A model generated the notes under the pieces. It had not been told where the DNA came from and did not search any database. It saw nothing but the letters and a program-made list of their open reading frames with translations. Shown here one piece after another: positions 1-9,700 of a DNA stretch of 32,000 nucleotides. Source of the DNA: Xylanibacter ruminicola 23. GTDB lineage: Bacteria; Bacteroidota; Bacteroidia; Bacteroidales; Bacteroidaceae. The number at the start of each line of letters is the position of its first letter. The stretch's first letter is position 1. Both the position numbers and the translations under genes were made by a program. The stretch lies in assembly GCF_000025925.1 (NCBI RefSeq), contig NC_014033.1:1650001-1682000 (forward strand), given 5' to 3'.

Positions 1-670
1 TGAAGCCAAAGAAAATAACCAGACAAATCATAAGAACAGGTGTCTTATCAAGAATTGTCTGAACCATATTAAAGTGCTTTCTGAATAATGTACCGATCGT
101 AAAGAAAAGGAAATACCCCCACTTCTCCATTGACAGAAGGTCCTTTATGTCATTTTCTATTGGCAATTTCGAGAAGACAGACGGTACATAAAACAACAAA
201 AAGAACAAAGCGCCCACTGAAAGAATGATGATATCAGTATATATGCTTTTACAATGAATAAGATATAAAACATATCTACAAATTGCATATACACAGAAGA
301 ACAAATACAAACTCAAAGTGAACCAATAGCCCAGTTTCGAATCTGTATACAAGCCTTCCATAACACCAATATGGTTGATTATAAGAAAAACAAAGAAGAA
401 GATGGACGTAGTAATAATTTGTGCGGAAAATTTCATTACAAATAGAAATTTCGTAGCATAACTTGCATTCCATATAGTTTCTTCCTTATATAGAACAAAA
501 CCGCTGATAAAAAAGAAAAGAGGCATTCTGAATTCGCACAGGACAGGATGAATCGAAGGAACGTAGTCACCTATACCTAAACAAAACGCTGCCACATGAT
601 GCGCAACAACCAACAACATAGTAAAGCCACGCATGGCATCAATATACTCTATTCTCTTACTGTCATTCAT
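1..670 (-). CDS. Acyltransferase family 3 (integral-membrane O-acyltransferase), 3' end cut by window edge
   Basis: Absent from the ORF track because no stop codon lies in the window. Manual translation from the ATG at 670 gives MNDSKRIEYIDAMRGFTMLLVVAHHVAAFCLG...EFRMPLFFFISGFVLYKEE and stays open down to position 2. It has the same N-terminal R..D..(R/K)G....V...H and PLFF.ISGF motifs as the acyltransferase at 1769-2767, followed by many hydrophobic helices. Confidence 0.8.
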   Translation of the reverse strand, partial: MNDSKRIEYIDAMRGFTMLLVVAHHVAAFCLGIGDYVPSIHPVLCEFRMPLFFFISGFVLYKEETIWNASYATKFLFVMKFSAQIITTSIFFFVFLIINHIGVMEGLYTDSKLGYWFTLSLYLFFCVYAICRYVLYLIHCKSIYTDIIILSVGALFFLLFYVPSVFSKLPIENDIKDLLSMEKWGYFLFFTIGTLFRKHFNMVQTILDKTPVLMICLVIFFGF

Positions 671-702
671 AATGCAGATAAAAATATTAGTTTAACTAGA
701 TA

Positions 703-1749
703 CTATTCAAAACTCAAAACAAACTTCGTACTCTTGTCAATACCTTTCGTCACTCGACTAGAAATATAATTGCATACTATACCATATAAAACCGATACTA
801 TAAAAGTAATAAATATAACAACTAAAATTAGGATCAAATACATGGGATAGCTTTTTGTGTCCAGAAGATTCCTATCCACCGTCTCCAGAATGGATTGTAT
901 GCGGTTTGTTACATGTATGATATAAACGGCCAAGGTTCCGCTGGCAATCCAGTTAATGGCCTTATTATGGAACGTTTTGTAAAGGAATGGCAGGAAAGTA
1001 CAGACAGATGAAAAAACGACAATAGGACTAGAGTAGTTCCAACACCACTTCACACCTGCCACAAAACTGAATATAATGATAATGGTTGAGAGCAGATACC
1101 CCAACACCCAAACCCAAGGTTTTATCTTTTTAATATCATCTTCATAGAGTTTGATGCATCGAGCAATCATATACATGAGTACAAAATGAACAACCGAATA
1201 GCCACGATTATATCCCAGTTCCTCTACTTCCATAATGCAATCAAACCAGAACTCCAGCCCCCAGAAAAGAAGTATCCATTTTAAACTGGCCCTTCCATAA
1301 TTATCTACAAATGCATTAATCACAGGTGATAATATCATCAGCATAAAATAGCACTGAATAAAATAACCTGCGTAGGAGATAACAAAGCATCTCTCAATAA
1401 ATTCAGTCAATACGAATTCATGATCACTGAAACATTTCACAATATACAATGGTACATATATTAAGGCTAGGTAAATAATTAATTTCAGGATCGAACTGAG
1501 TTTTAACCTTATACCGAAGTAGCCCGATATAATAACAAACATATTCACGCAGATTATCACAGCAGCACTGATGATCATCTGTCCAGTCCTAAATAATGTC
1601 GGATTGCTTATATCATAGGTAGGTAGAGGTCAGTCCCCCAAGAACCACCCATTAAAATGAACAATCAGCACAGCAAATGTTGCAATAATCCGGTATAATT
1701 CAATACTGGAATTCCTTGGAGAGCGATTAGCATTCTTATCTTTCAACAT
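703..1749 (-). pseudogene. Acyltransferase family 3 interrupted by an in-frame TGA (codon 40, bases 1630-1632)
   Basis: The track ORF 703-1578 (291 aa, polytopic membrane protein) starts at an internal Met. The same frame continues upstream to the ATG at 1749 (MLKDKNANRSPRNSSIELYRIIATFAVLIVHFNGWFLGD*), which is the typical acyltransferase_3 N-terminus. 1749-1578 = 171 nt, so the two parts are in frame and separated only by the TGA. Confidence 0.7.
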
Positions 1750-1768
1750 AATAGCAAAAATTTCGTTC

Positions 1769-2767
1769 TTAACCATTACTTGATTTTATACGGTACTTCC
1801 CTGCCATAAGAGGAAAATATTTTTCTGTAGCGATAATAAACGGAATGAACAGTAGTAAGACCAACACAGCAAAGACAACATCCGTAACAGATGGCGCTGC
1901 GAATACCCATACCAAATCTATCAGTATCTTATGTAATCCGAGTATGATAATAGTTCCTCGCGAAAAAATGGCAATAACCTTCGGGGCACATCCGAATAAT
2001 ACAGACAAGGCCCATATCATCACAGTACCTGCGACACCTCCTACCAAGAACAAGAAAATGTTACCGCCGTAATCACAACAGAACATACCTACGTAACCAT
2101 TATACATAAAACACAAAGCAACAAGAAGAAGTCCGCCAACAAACGCAGCAATAAGCACCACCTTGTTATTTATGGCGTTTATCACCTCCTTGTAATTGCG
2201 CAACAGCACGCCAATGGCAAAGAAAGGATAAGCCGTACATACATCTACAACAGCATTCGGTTCTTTCAGGAAGAAAGGAAGTCCGGAAAGGTCACTATGA
2301 TTATAATCGTATGCTAATACCATCATAACGACTGATAAAGAATAGAACAACTTCTTGGAGAAACAATACTGGAAAATAATCTTAAGCATCATCAATGTAA
2401 ACACAAACCACAGTGTATCATATCCAGAAACCATTCCAAATGCGACATTACGTACAAACCAATAAGCATCTGCAGGAGAGAATGATCCATTGAAGAAATG
2501 CAAGATGCTGTGATAGGCAAAATTGATAACTGCCATCAGCAGCATTGGAACAACCAGGTTATACCATAGCTTCTTCCAAAACACCCGTCCATCAACTTCC
2601 TTCTTGTTCAGGAAGCCAGAGATTACAAAAAACAAAGGAACGTGAAAAACATAGATAGACTTTTCACCTACAGAATAGAAATGCCCAAGAACTATCAGAT
2701 AAATGCCTAAGGCCTTCATCCAATCTATCCATTCTAATCTTTTTTCTCGCACTATTGTCTCTGTCAT
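1769..2767 (-). CDS. Acyltransferase family 3 (polysaccharide O-acyltransferase-like)
   Basis: 332 aa. Contains REKRLEWIDWMKALGIYLIVLGHF...HVPLFFVISGFL and about 10 hydrophobic segments. Lies 16-20 nt from both neighbouring genes, consistent with an operon. Confidence 0.9.
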   Translation of the reverse strand: MTETIVREKRLEWIDWMKALGIYLIVLGHFYSVGEKSIYVFHVPLFFVISGFLNKKEVDGRVFWKKLWYNLVVPMLLMAVINFAYHSILHFFNGSFSPADAYWFVRNVAFGMVSGYDTLWFVFTLMMLKIIFQYCFSKKLFYSLSVVMMVLAYDYNHSDLSGLPFFLKEPNAVVDVCTAYPFFAIGVLLRNYKEVINAINNKVVLIAAFVGGLLLVALCFMYNGYVGMFCCDYGGNIFLFLVGGVAGTVMIWALSVLFGCAPKVIAIFSRGTIIILGLHKILIDLVWVFAAPSVTDVVFAVLVLLLFIPFIIATEKYFPLMAGKYRIKSSNG

Positions 2768-2783
2768 TACGAATTATGTCATA

Positions 2784-3758
2784 TTACACTTTAGGCAGAC
2801 GAATCCTATCACCTATCATGAGTTGGAACTCCCTGGATAAATCGTTGTTCATGCCAGATGCCGAGAAAAATGTCATCTCACCGAAATATATTTTCCCATT
2901 CACATTGTAAAGATCAACACGAACTTGCGGGAAGCCCTGACTAATCTTCCCGGCTATTTCTATCATTCTCTCCAAGTTCTGGGGTCGAGGTATATCCCGG
3001 AAGTGATCGGTTAAGTTTGTTTTATATTGACGCATCGGCTGCCAAGTATAGATGTCATAGAGGTCGAATACCGCATGGTTTGAGCCTCCATCACTCTTCA
3101 ATTGGCGACCATAGATAACCTCTACATATTGAGGTTTGCCATGAATACAATTGATTTTATAGTCGATAAGGTCCTCTACATTATCTCCCAACTCTATCAG
3201 ACTCTCTGCGATTACCCTGGGTTTAATAGTGGTGTAATGGAGTTCACACCATTCATAGCCATAGTTTACATTCAAATGTGCCTGTAAGAAATCAATAACT
3301 TCTTGCTTATTCATCTTACTTTTATCACGTATGACTATTGTACTACCACAATCATGAGTACACTTAACGACAAACTTATCCGGAAGACTGTCGAAATCGA
3401 TATCCTGAGCCTTATCCCACACACCATAGCATTCTGTCAGGATATCTTTCAAACCAAGACTCTCTATGTATTTACGCACTTCATATTTGTCTGAAAACTC
3501 CGTCCACTTTGAGGTATCTGACATAACAGAAAGCCATGTCATCTTTTCATCCAACGTCCGTGGATTTTTCCATGGAAACTTCTCCCTATAGAACCTGTTC
3601 CACTTCATGTCAATTGCCTTTCTAGGATTATTTTTCTGTATATCAATCCATTTGTCTGTGGGATGGATATAGTGAATAAAATACAATGCCTTTAGCGTCC
3701 TGATAGGATGCAGAAATGATCTGGCACGTAACCTTAGCTTATAAGAGATATTAATCAT
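2784..3758 (-). CDS. ATP-grasp fold amidoligase, TupA-like (teichuronopeptide-type)
   Basis: 324 aa with blocks DKYEVRKYIESLGL, LPDKFVVKCTHDCGSTIVI, LIDYKINCIHGKPQYVEV and FPQVRVDLYNVNGKIYFGEMTFFSASG. I recognise these as the ATPgrasp_TupA family pattern. Confidence 0.8.
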   Translation of the reverse strand: MINISYKLRLRARSFLHPIRTLKALYFIHYIHPTDKWIDIQKNNPRKAIDMKWNRFYREKFPWKNPRTLDEKMTWLSVMSDTSKWTEFSDKYEVRKYIESLGLKDILTECYGVWDKAQDIDFDSLPDKFVVKCTHDCGSTIVIRDKSKMNKQEVIDFLQAHLNVNYGYEWCELHYTTIKPRVIAESLIELGDNVEDLIDYKINCIHGKPQYVEVIYGRQLKSDGGSNHAVFDLYDIYTWQPMRQYKTNLTDHFRDIPRPQNLERMIEIAGKISQGFPQVRVDLYNVNGKIYFGEMTFFSASGMNNDLSREFQLMIGDRIRLPKV

Positions 3759-3770
3759 ATCAATCTACAA

Positions 3771-4670
3771 TTACCATGTAAAAAACTTGAGCGAGGACTT
3801 TAGTCCGATATATTTCAAATAGCCGGATTTCATAGCACGCCAGAAAACCGCAGGTTTATCCTTATATGGAACGAAGTGACCAGTGTAGAACACCTTGCTA
3901 AGCGTATAACGCAGAAACTTATGAATTATCGGATTCTGGCTGAAACGTAACAATTCGTCGGCCACGGTGAGATAGCAATCCATATTACGGCGGGTGAATT
4001 TTGTTCCCACCGTTGACGCAGACCTGACGCGATGCTTCACAAAAGACTGCTTCAGACAGTATATGGAACTACTACTTAACATAAGAACTGTTGTAAACAA
4101 TTCATCTTCATGAATAATGCCAGGATAGAATTCCAAACCAAGACGTTTCAGATGATCATGTCTGATTAGCAGGAGCCATACCACACAATTATAAGATGTG
4201 GTGTCAAGCAACTGATTAAGCAGACTCTCACCATCATATGCCTTGTTTTCTTCTACATACTTTGTACTATGCAACGACACTGAAAAATCCGTTTTGTCTT
4301 CCAGTAGCCAATCCCTGTCGAAGAAAATAAAATCGGCATGGTTCTTCTCAGCATATTCATAGCATGTCAGCAGAACGTCAGGACCAGTCAGCACATCATC
4401 AGAATCCATCATATAGATATATTCTCCTGTTGCATGCTGTAACGCCAGATTTCTTGCTACAGACTGTCCCTGGTTTTTCTGAGAGAAAGAGATAATCCGC
4501 GCATCCTTTTGCTGATACTTCTTGATGATTTCCTCGCTATTGTCTGTTGATCCGTCATTCACCGCAATAACCTCTATATCCTTTAATGACTGATTCAGGA
4601 TAGAGTCAAACGCTTCCTCCAAATAAGGGGCAACGTTATAAATTGGCATTATGACGCTGACTTTTACCAT
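3771..4670 (-). CDS. Glycosyltransferase family 2
   Basis: The N-terminus VSVIMPIYNVAPYLEEAFDSILNQSLKDIEVIAVNDGSTDNS plus YIYMMDSDD (DxD) is the canonical GT2 signature. Confidence 0.93.
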   Translation of the reverse strand: MVKVSVIMPIYNVAPYLEEAFDSILNQSLKDIEVIAVNDGSTDNSEEIIKKYQQKDARIISFSQKNQGQSVARNLALQHATGEYIYMMDSDDVLTGPDVLLTCYEYAEKNHADFIFFDRDWLLEDKTDFSVSLHSTKYVEENKAYDGESLLNQLLDTTSYNCVVWLLLIRHDHLKRLGLEFYPGIIHEDELFTTVLMLSSSSIYCLKQSFVKHRVRSASTVGTKFTRRNMDCYLTVADELLRFSQNPIIHKFLRYTLSKVFYTGHFVPYKDKPAVFWRAMKSGYLKYIGLKSSLKFFTW

Positions 4671-4691
4671 TTGTTATTATCTAATAGATTG

Positions 4692-4722
4692 CAAAAATAA
4701 ACATATTTTTCGATATGACAAA
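4692..4722 (-). promoter_or_regulatory. Bacteroidetes sigma-A type promoter for the GT2/ATP-grasp/acyltransferase operon
   Basis: The minus strand reads TTTG (4719-4722), a 19-nt spacer, then TATTTTTG (4692-4699). The -7 box ends 21 nt upstream of the ATG at 4670 and matches the TTTG / TAnnTTTG consensus. Confidence 0.55.
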
Positions 4723-4751
4723 AATTTCATGAACATTTTTACAGACTTGTA

Positions 4752-5579
4752 TTATTCTAGATTTCTATTACGCAGCCAATTCGACAAATCATCCAACGCT
4801 TGTATTCGGTATTCTGATCTAAGGTGACAAACGAAGCCATGTCCTCCTAAAGGATAAATATGGAGCTCTGAAAGACGGTTCTTACCATGCATCTCTTTGT
4901 CAAAGATTATTGAATTCCGAGGACTAACACATTTGTCATCACTTGCAACCGCGATAAATGCAGGAGGGGTCTTTTCTGAAACATGCAGTTCATTGCTAAA
5001 CTGGTTTTCTAATTGGTCAGAAGCGTCACTTCCCAACAATTGATTATGAGAATCAATATGAGTCAGTTCTTTCTTCATAGAAATAACAGGATAAAAAAGA
5101 ACCCCAAAGTCAGGACGAACAGAATCATTATCCAACACCATCATCGTTGATGCAAGATGTCCACCAGCAGAAAAGCCAACAAATCCTACGTTATTTTCTT
5201 CAAAATGCCATTCTTTGGCACACTTTCTCATCATTTGAATTGCCTCTGTTCCATCAGTCAAAGGTCCATAGCAATCATGTATTGGCATTCTATATTCCAA
5301 CATAGCGGGTATATATCCTCGTAAATAGAAGTAAGGGAACCAATAATACCCTTCAAACCATTTTTCCAAATAACTATACCCCCCACCAGGGCATATAATA
5401 ACAGCACCATGCACTTTATTATCTAAAGCTGGCAAAACGTGTAACGTAGCCCCATGAGGTAATTTAACATGAACAATTGATCTCACGAAAAAAATTGCAC
5501 TCACCAGCACTACAATTAGTAACAAGACAAATGCATAAATCAATAATTTTTTACACCAAGATAATGATATAGAAATCAT
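4752..5579 (-). CDS. Alpha/beta-hydrolase (esterase/lipase-like) with N-terminal membrane anchor
   Basis: 275 aa. N-terminal hydrophobic helix LLIYAFVLLLIVVLVSAIFFV, oxyanion-type CPGGGY, nucleophile elbow GFSAGGHLA, and later SDD and GGHGF candidates for the acid and His. Confidence 0.85.
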   Translation of the reverse strand: MISISLSWCKKLLIYAFVLLLIVVLVSAIFFVRSIVHVKLPHGATLHVLPALDNKVHGAVIICPGGGYSYLEKWFEGYYWFPYFYLRGYIPAMLEYRMPIHDCYGPLTDGTEAIQMMRKCAKEWHFEENNVGFVGFSAGGHLASTMMVLDNDSVRPDFGVLFYPVISMKKELTHIDSHNQLLGSDASDQLENQFSNELHVSEKTPPAFIAVASDDKCVSPRNSIIFDKEMHGKNRLSELHIYPLGGHGFVCHLRSEYRIQALDDLSNWLRNRNLE

Positions 5580-5602
5580 TTTACTTCATATTATTAACAC
5601 CG

Positions 5603-5610
5603 CAAACATA
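5603..5610 (-). promoter_or_regulatory. Candidate -7 box (TATGTTTG) for the hydrolase gene
   Basis: The minus strand reads TATGTTTG 23 nt upstream of the ATG at 5579, downstream of the terminator of the preceding operon. Confidence 0.45.
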
Positions 5611-5639
5611 GAGATTTCTAGAAACAAAAGAAATTAGAG

Positions 5640-5675
5640 AAAAAAAGTCGTACAAAGCATCTACTTCACACGACT
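5640..5675 (-). terminator. Rho-independent terminator after the LruC-lipoprotein operon
   Basis: The minus strand reads AGTCGT(gtgaagtagatgctttgt)ACGACT followed by TTTTTTT. It starts about 20 nt after the TAA at 5694-5696. The stem is 6 Watson-Crick pairs plus 2 possible wobble pairs. Confidence 0.6.
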
Positions 5676-5693
5676 TTTTATAAGGATAAAGTT

Positions 5694-7562
5694 TTACTTA
5701 GAATAAACCTTTCCTTCTACAGGTTTGGTGTACCAGTTGGTAGAGAGGATTGGATTGCTGCCCCAGTTATTAAATTCTGTATAGGCATCCTTAATACAAA
5801 CTTTCTCTGTGGGATACTTAAAGTCGAAAGGAATCATGATTCCATGAGGATCCTGCCCCTTTGTCGACAGTTTAATAGCCAGATTGGTTGTCAAGTCGTA
5901 AATAAACGGCTGATTCTCGGCATCCAAGAAACTGAACGATTCACTAACAGTCTTCTGAGCGGTGATAGCAGCATGTTTCTCTGCGCCGCTTTCAGTATTC
6001 ACAAACTGCTTAGCACCCACGCCAAAGAGCGAATGGATCTCTACATTGTCCTGAATAACACCTGCATTAATGTTTCTAACGCAAAGTTCATCGTATGCAC
6101 CACACGCCACAATCGAATACTCTACGGTTGTTTTATTAATACGTTTTGCCTTAATCACAATGTCGTTCAAGTCATAATCACCTTTCTTAGTATCCTCGAA
6201 ACAGAAAGTATAGGTATTATACTCAAACTCGTGAGTTGTATAAATAGGCTCAACACTCCCTTCAACTTCCAAAAGGATATCATTAAAGTCTCTATCAGTA
6301 CCAGATTCCCAACACATCAAAACGCGGTCGTTAATCTTTAGCCACGTGGCACGAGGATCAGTTGGATTGAGTTTATTGAAGTTTGGCCATGTATTAATCT
6401 TGTTATTTAGACGACCATCAAAATATAACTCGCCTTGTTTTTTAGGTGCCTCTGTAACAGTCTTGGCCCGTATCATAAAACCAATCTTATAGCCTTTCGG
6501 GAATTTAAACGTACCTTCAGTTCCGATAGTTGGCGTTTTGCTATCACCAAAATAAAGCGCAGCAAAGGATGCTTTCTTTGCAAGGATATCATCTTCTTTA
6601 TATTCAAAACACAAATTAAATGGAATCAACTTATATTTTGGCAGACTCTTCAGGAAGGCTACTTGTTCATCTGCCGTGCTTGGCATATCAGCAGGGTTGA
6701 AATAATAATAGTACAAGTCTGAATTATACACCTCATTACCATATTTATCTGCACCATCTTGCTTATATATTGGCGATACAACAATTGGTCCCTCCTCACC
6801 TGTTGTAATACGATACGCATCATCATCCGTATAACCAGCCGCCATAATCTGAATCAAGTTGTTTTCTTGTTTAGTTGGAGGCAAGTATGCGAAAACCAAG
6901 TCTCGAACTAAGGCCTTATATTCATCAGAGTATGGGTCTGCAGCAATCTTCATACGGTCATAATCGGCATCAGAAAGCATATATAGTCTCTCATCAGGAA
7001 TCCAGCCACGTTTAGCTGCAAACGAAGTATCAATCTTACTAATGGCGAAAGTACCAGAAGGAGCCGAAACGGTGCGGGTTACAGCTCTGGTTTTAGCTGC
7101 AACCTGATCAAACGTAACACTATTTCCTTCTACCTTTTTATAATAGCAACCTTTTTCGGTATAGAAAGCTACATATAATCCTTCGTTCTTTTTGGGAACA
7201 TCATAATTCAAGGTAACAGACGACTGATTATTGGTTTCGGCCTGATTCAATATGGTCATTGAATTATAAGTCTCACCCTCTTCGTCAGTCTGAGCTACCA
7301 TAGCCATCACAGATACCTTTGTAACTGCCGAGGTGACATTGATTGTAATAGTGCCGCTTTCGGTAGAAATCCAATCCTGATTGGCTGGAATTGTAATACC
7401 CAAAACGCCTTCAGCATGCTGCTTAATCTCCTCATCAGTTACTTCTGGATCCGTAGGAGTCGTTTCTGGCGTTGGTTCTTGAATTGGCTCCGACCCATCA
7501 AAGCCTTTTACACAGCCTGATAACACTAAACCTAAAAGTGCTAATGATAGTAACTTTTTCAT
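5694..7562 (-). CDS. LruC-domain (DUF4842-like) surface lipoprotein, paralog 1
   Basis: 622 aa. Signal peptide and lipobox MKKLLSLALLGLVLSGC, then the Pro/Thr/Glu linker EPIQEPTPETTPTDPE. C-terminal blocks are DLYYYYFNP, GYKIGFMIR, YTFCFEDTKKGDYDLNDIVIK and PHGIMIPFDFKYPTEKVCIKDAYTEFNNW. Confidence 0.85.
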   Translation of the reverse strand: MKKLLSLALLGLVLSGCVKGFDGSEPIQEPTPETTPTDPEVTDEEIKQHAEGVLGITIPANQDWISTESGTITINVTSAVTKVSVMAMVAQTDEEGETYNSMTILNQAETNNQSSVTLNYDVPKKNEGLYVAFYTEKGCYYKKVEGNSVTFDQVAAKTRAVTRTVSAPSGTFAISKIDTSFAAKRGWIPDERLYMLSDADYDRMKIAADPYSDEYKALVRDLVFAYLPPTKQENNLIQIMAAGYTDDDAYRITTGEEGPIVVSPIYKQDGADKYGNEVYNSDLYYYYFNPADMPSTADEQVAFLKSLPKYKLIPFNLCFEYKEDDILAKKASFAALYFGDSKTPTIGTEGTFKFPKGYKIGFMIRAKTVTEAPKKQGELYFDGRLNNKINTWPNFNKLNPTDPRATWLKINDRVLMCWESGTDRDFNDILLEVEGSVEPIYTTHEFEYNTYTFCFEDTKKGDYDLNDIVIKAKRINKTTVEYSIVACGAYDELCVRNINAGVIQDNVEIHSLFGVGAKQFVNTESGAEKHAAITAQKTVSESFSFLDAENQPFIYDLTTNLAIKLSTKGQDPHGIMIPFDFKYPTEKVCIKDAYTEFNNWGSNPILSTNWYTKPVEGKVYSK

Positions 7563-7576
7563 AATTTCTATATAAT

Positions 7577-7584
7577 AATCGATT
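7577..7584 (-). promoter_or_regulatory. Degenerate copy of the conserved palindromic leader motif (core AATCGATT)
   Basis: AATCGATT lies 14 nt upstream of the ATG at 7562, the same spacing as at 11806-11813 relative to the ATG at 11791. The flanking arms are partly degenerate (TTGAATCGATTATT). Confidence 0.4.
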
Positions 7585-7588
7585 CAAC

Positions 7589-9655
7589 TTACTTATCAAA
7601 GACCTTACCACTTACGGGATTCAGATACCAATCTGTTGATGTCACAGGGTTCTCACCCCAGCTATTAAATGTGGTATAGGCATCTTTAATACAGGTCAAC
7701 TCTGTGGGATACTTAAAGTCGCAAGGAATCATGATGCCATGTGGTTCCTCGCCCTTTTGCGACATCTTCACATCGTAATTCTGAGTCTTATTGTAGATAT
7801 AAACCTGTTTAGAGAAATCGGTAAAGCTGAATGATGGATCTACTGTTACCACCTCTGATACAGACTCGTAGTTTTTAGTCTGGGTGTTGATAAAGGTTGA
7901 GAGATTATCAACGCCAAACAACTTGTGGATCTCTGTGGTAGTATTCAATGTCTTACCATCGATGTTGCGCAGATAGAGTTCATCGTTAGCGCCACATGCT
8001 GCCACCGTGTACTTTACTTGTGAGATATTCAGGCGCTCAGCCTTAATCACCACGTCGTTCATATCATAGTCGCCCAAGTTACGGTCCTCAAAGCAGAAGG
8101 TATATACATTGTTGTTAATCTCATGAGCAGCATCAACTGCATACAAACCGCCATTAACCTCAACAATAATATCAGCATAATTCACATCGGCACCTTCCTC
8201 AAACATAAGATAGGTTCTTTGATTAGCTCCGAAGATAGCAACACGGGGATCGTCGTCCAACATTCCTTTATCAAGCGCATTCATAAAGTCTGGATAATGA
8301 TTAATCTGCTTATTCAAACGACCATCAGCATACACCTCGCCATTAACCGCTTTATTATACGACTTCTTTGTATAGCCAGTTCCCTTATTGATGTCATTAT
8401 CAGCAGAAAAAGAATCTGACCAATCAGTAGTGGTCTTTCTTAACATAAAACCAATACGGGTACCTTCTGGGAAGATAAAACCCTGAGCAGTCACATCACC
8501 TGTCTCATCACTCGAAACATCACCAAAGTATGGTAACAGATACTCATGAGCCTTAAAGTATTCGCCATTTCCCTTTCCTAAACCGCTTGCAGTCTTTGTT
8601 AACTTGCTATCAACGCATTTAAACTTAGGCAGGTTCTTCAAGAAAATCACCTGCTCTTCTTCTGATTTACCTTCCAACTTTTTGGGGTCAAAATAGTAAT
8701 AGTACAGAGAAGTATTGTCAATCTCGGTAGAAAGCATCTGAACTGGTGTTACCGTGATAGGTCCTTTTCCATCTGCCACCAAATAGTTCTTTGTCAACAC
8801 GTAAACGGGAGATGTTCGGATGGTTGTGAGATTCATTTGCTTATATTTACTATCTCGTGCTTTTTTGCCACCAACAGCATCCAGGACGGTTTCCAGACTC
8901 TTTTTCTCAGCATCTGTGATAGTCACCGTACGGTAAATAGCAGATTTCTCAACTTTCCAGGTACTATTACCACCAGCATTGTCAAGCATCCAGATACGCT
9001 CCTTTTCCCAATTGGTATTCTTCCATGCCTCAATGCTATTCTCTTTATCACCAAGTGTTCCTTCAGCATCAGCATTAGCCTTAATGGTACGGATAGCATT
9101 GTAAGTTAAATAAGAATTCTTGTATTTCATTTTAAGATTGCCAGCATCAGGCATATCTGGCAAATCGTAGGCAGCTCTTGTGCGAGTTTGGGCTGCATTC
9201 TGGAAATTCACCTGAGCATCACCAGCCTTAAAACCAGTAACATAGTACACTCCCTTACTATCCACACATGCAGCAACAAGTTCTGTGTATTCAGCTGGGC
9301 AATCATATGTCAGCGACACCGATTGTCCTTTACTGGTCGTAGCTTCATTGAGCACACGAGCATCGTCGTTAAAATAAGGAGCCTCTGTTAGAATCTGCAC
9401 CTTAGCAACGTCGCTCAAAGGAGCGTCTGCAGCAATAGTAACAGTATGCTTAGTAGTAGAACTCCAATCCTGATTGGGACTGAAGGTTGTTCCAAAAACT
9501 TTTGCAACATTGGCATCAATCTCCTCTTGAGTTGCCTTGTTATTTGTTGGCGTTGGCTCTGGACTCGGCGTTGGCTCTGGCTCCACACCATCTATTCCTT
9601 TTACACAACTTGATAGAACTAAACCTAAAACTGCTATTGATAATACTTTCTTCAT
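7589..9655 (-). CDS. LruC-domain (DUF4842-like) surface lipoprotein, paralog 2
   Basis: The track ORF starts at a TTG (9664). The ATG at 9655 gives MKKVLSIAVLGLVLSSC, colinear with the other two paralogs. Linker EPEPTPSPEPTPT. Blocks SLYYYYFDP, GTRIGFMLR, YTFCFEDRNLGDYDMNDVVIK and PHGIMIPCDFKYPTELTCIKDAYTTFNSW. Confidence 0.85.
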   Translation of the reverse strand: MKKVLSIAVLGLVLSSCVKGIDGVEPEPTPSPEPTPTNNKATQEEIDANVAKVFGTTFSPNQDWSSTTKHTVTIAADAPLSDVAKVQILTEAPYFNDDARVLNEATTSKGQSVSLTYDCPAEYTELVAACVDSKGVYYVTGFKAGDAQVNFQNAAQTRTRAAYDLPDMPDAGNLKMKYKNSYLTYNAIRTIKANADAEGTLGDKENSIEAWKNTNWEKERIWMLDNAGGNSTWKVEKSAIYRTVTITDAEKKSLETVLDAVGGKKARDSKYKQMNLTTIRTSPVYVLTKNYLVADGKGPITVTPVQMLSTEIDNTSLYYYYFDPKKLEGKSEEEQVIFLKNLPKFKCVDSKLTKTASGLGKGNGEYFKAHEYLLPYFGDVSSDETGDVTAQGFIFPEGTRIGFMLRKTTTDWSDSFSADNDINKGTGYTKKSYNKAVNGEVYADGRLNKQINHYPDFMNALDKGMLDDDPRVAIFGANQRTYLMFEEGADVNYADIIVEVNGGLYAVDAAHEINNNVYTFCFEDRNLGDYDMNDVVIKAERLNISQVKYTVAACGANDELYLRNIDGKTLNTTTEIHKLFGVDNLSTFINTQTKNYESVSEVVTVDPSFSFTDFSKQVYIYNKTQNYDVKMSQKGEEPHGIMIPCDFKYPTELTCIKDAYTTFNSWGENPVTSTDWYLNPVSGKVFDK

Positions 9656-9667
9656 ACGCGTCAAAAT

Positions 9668-9683
9668 ATTTAATAGATTAAAT
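9668..9683 (-). promoter_or_regulatory. Conserved palindromic leader motif ATTTAATCTATTAAAT
   Basis: Arms TTTAAT/ATTAAA around a CT centre (minus strand), 12 nt upstream of the ATG at 9655. Near-identical to 11802-11817. Confidence 0.45.
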
Positions 9684-9700
9684 TATTTCTACATAATACA

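Noticed and set aside
1630-1632. In-frame TGA as evidence of an alternative genetic code (TGA = Trp/Gly)
   Set aside because: It is a single occurrence, and at least one other gene here terminates at TGA (the LruC paralog ending at 9701-9703). A nonsense mutation or sequencing error is far more likely.
5844-6341. 165-aa plus-strand ORF and other antisense ORFs across the LruC paralogs and the VapE gene (6435-6722, 8123-8419, 8837-9109, 9537-9848, 11957-12241 etc.)
   Set aside because: These are shadow ORFs opposite well-supported genes. 9487-9681 and 9537-9848 merely read through the complement of the (EP/TP) linker and the intergenic region.
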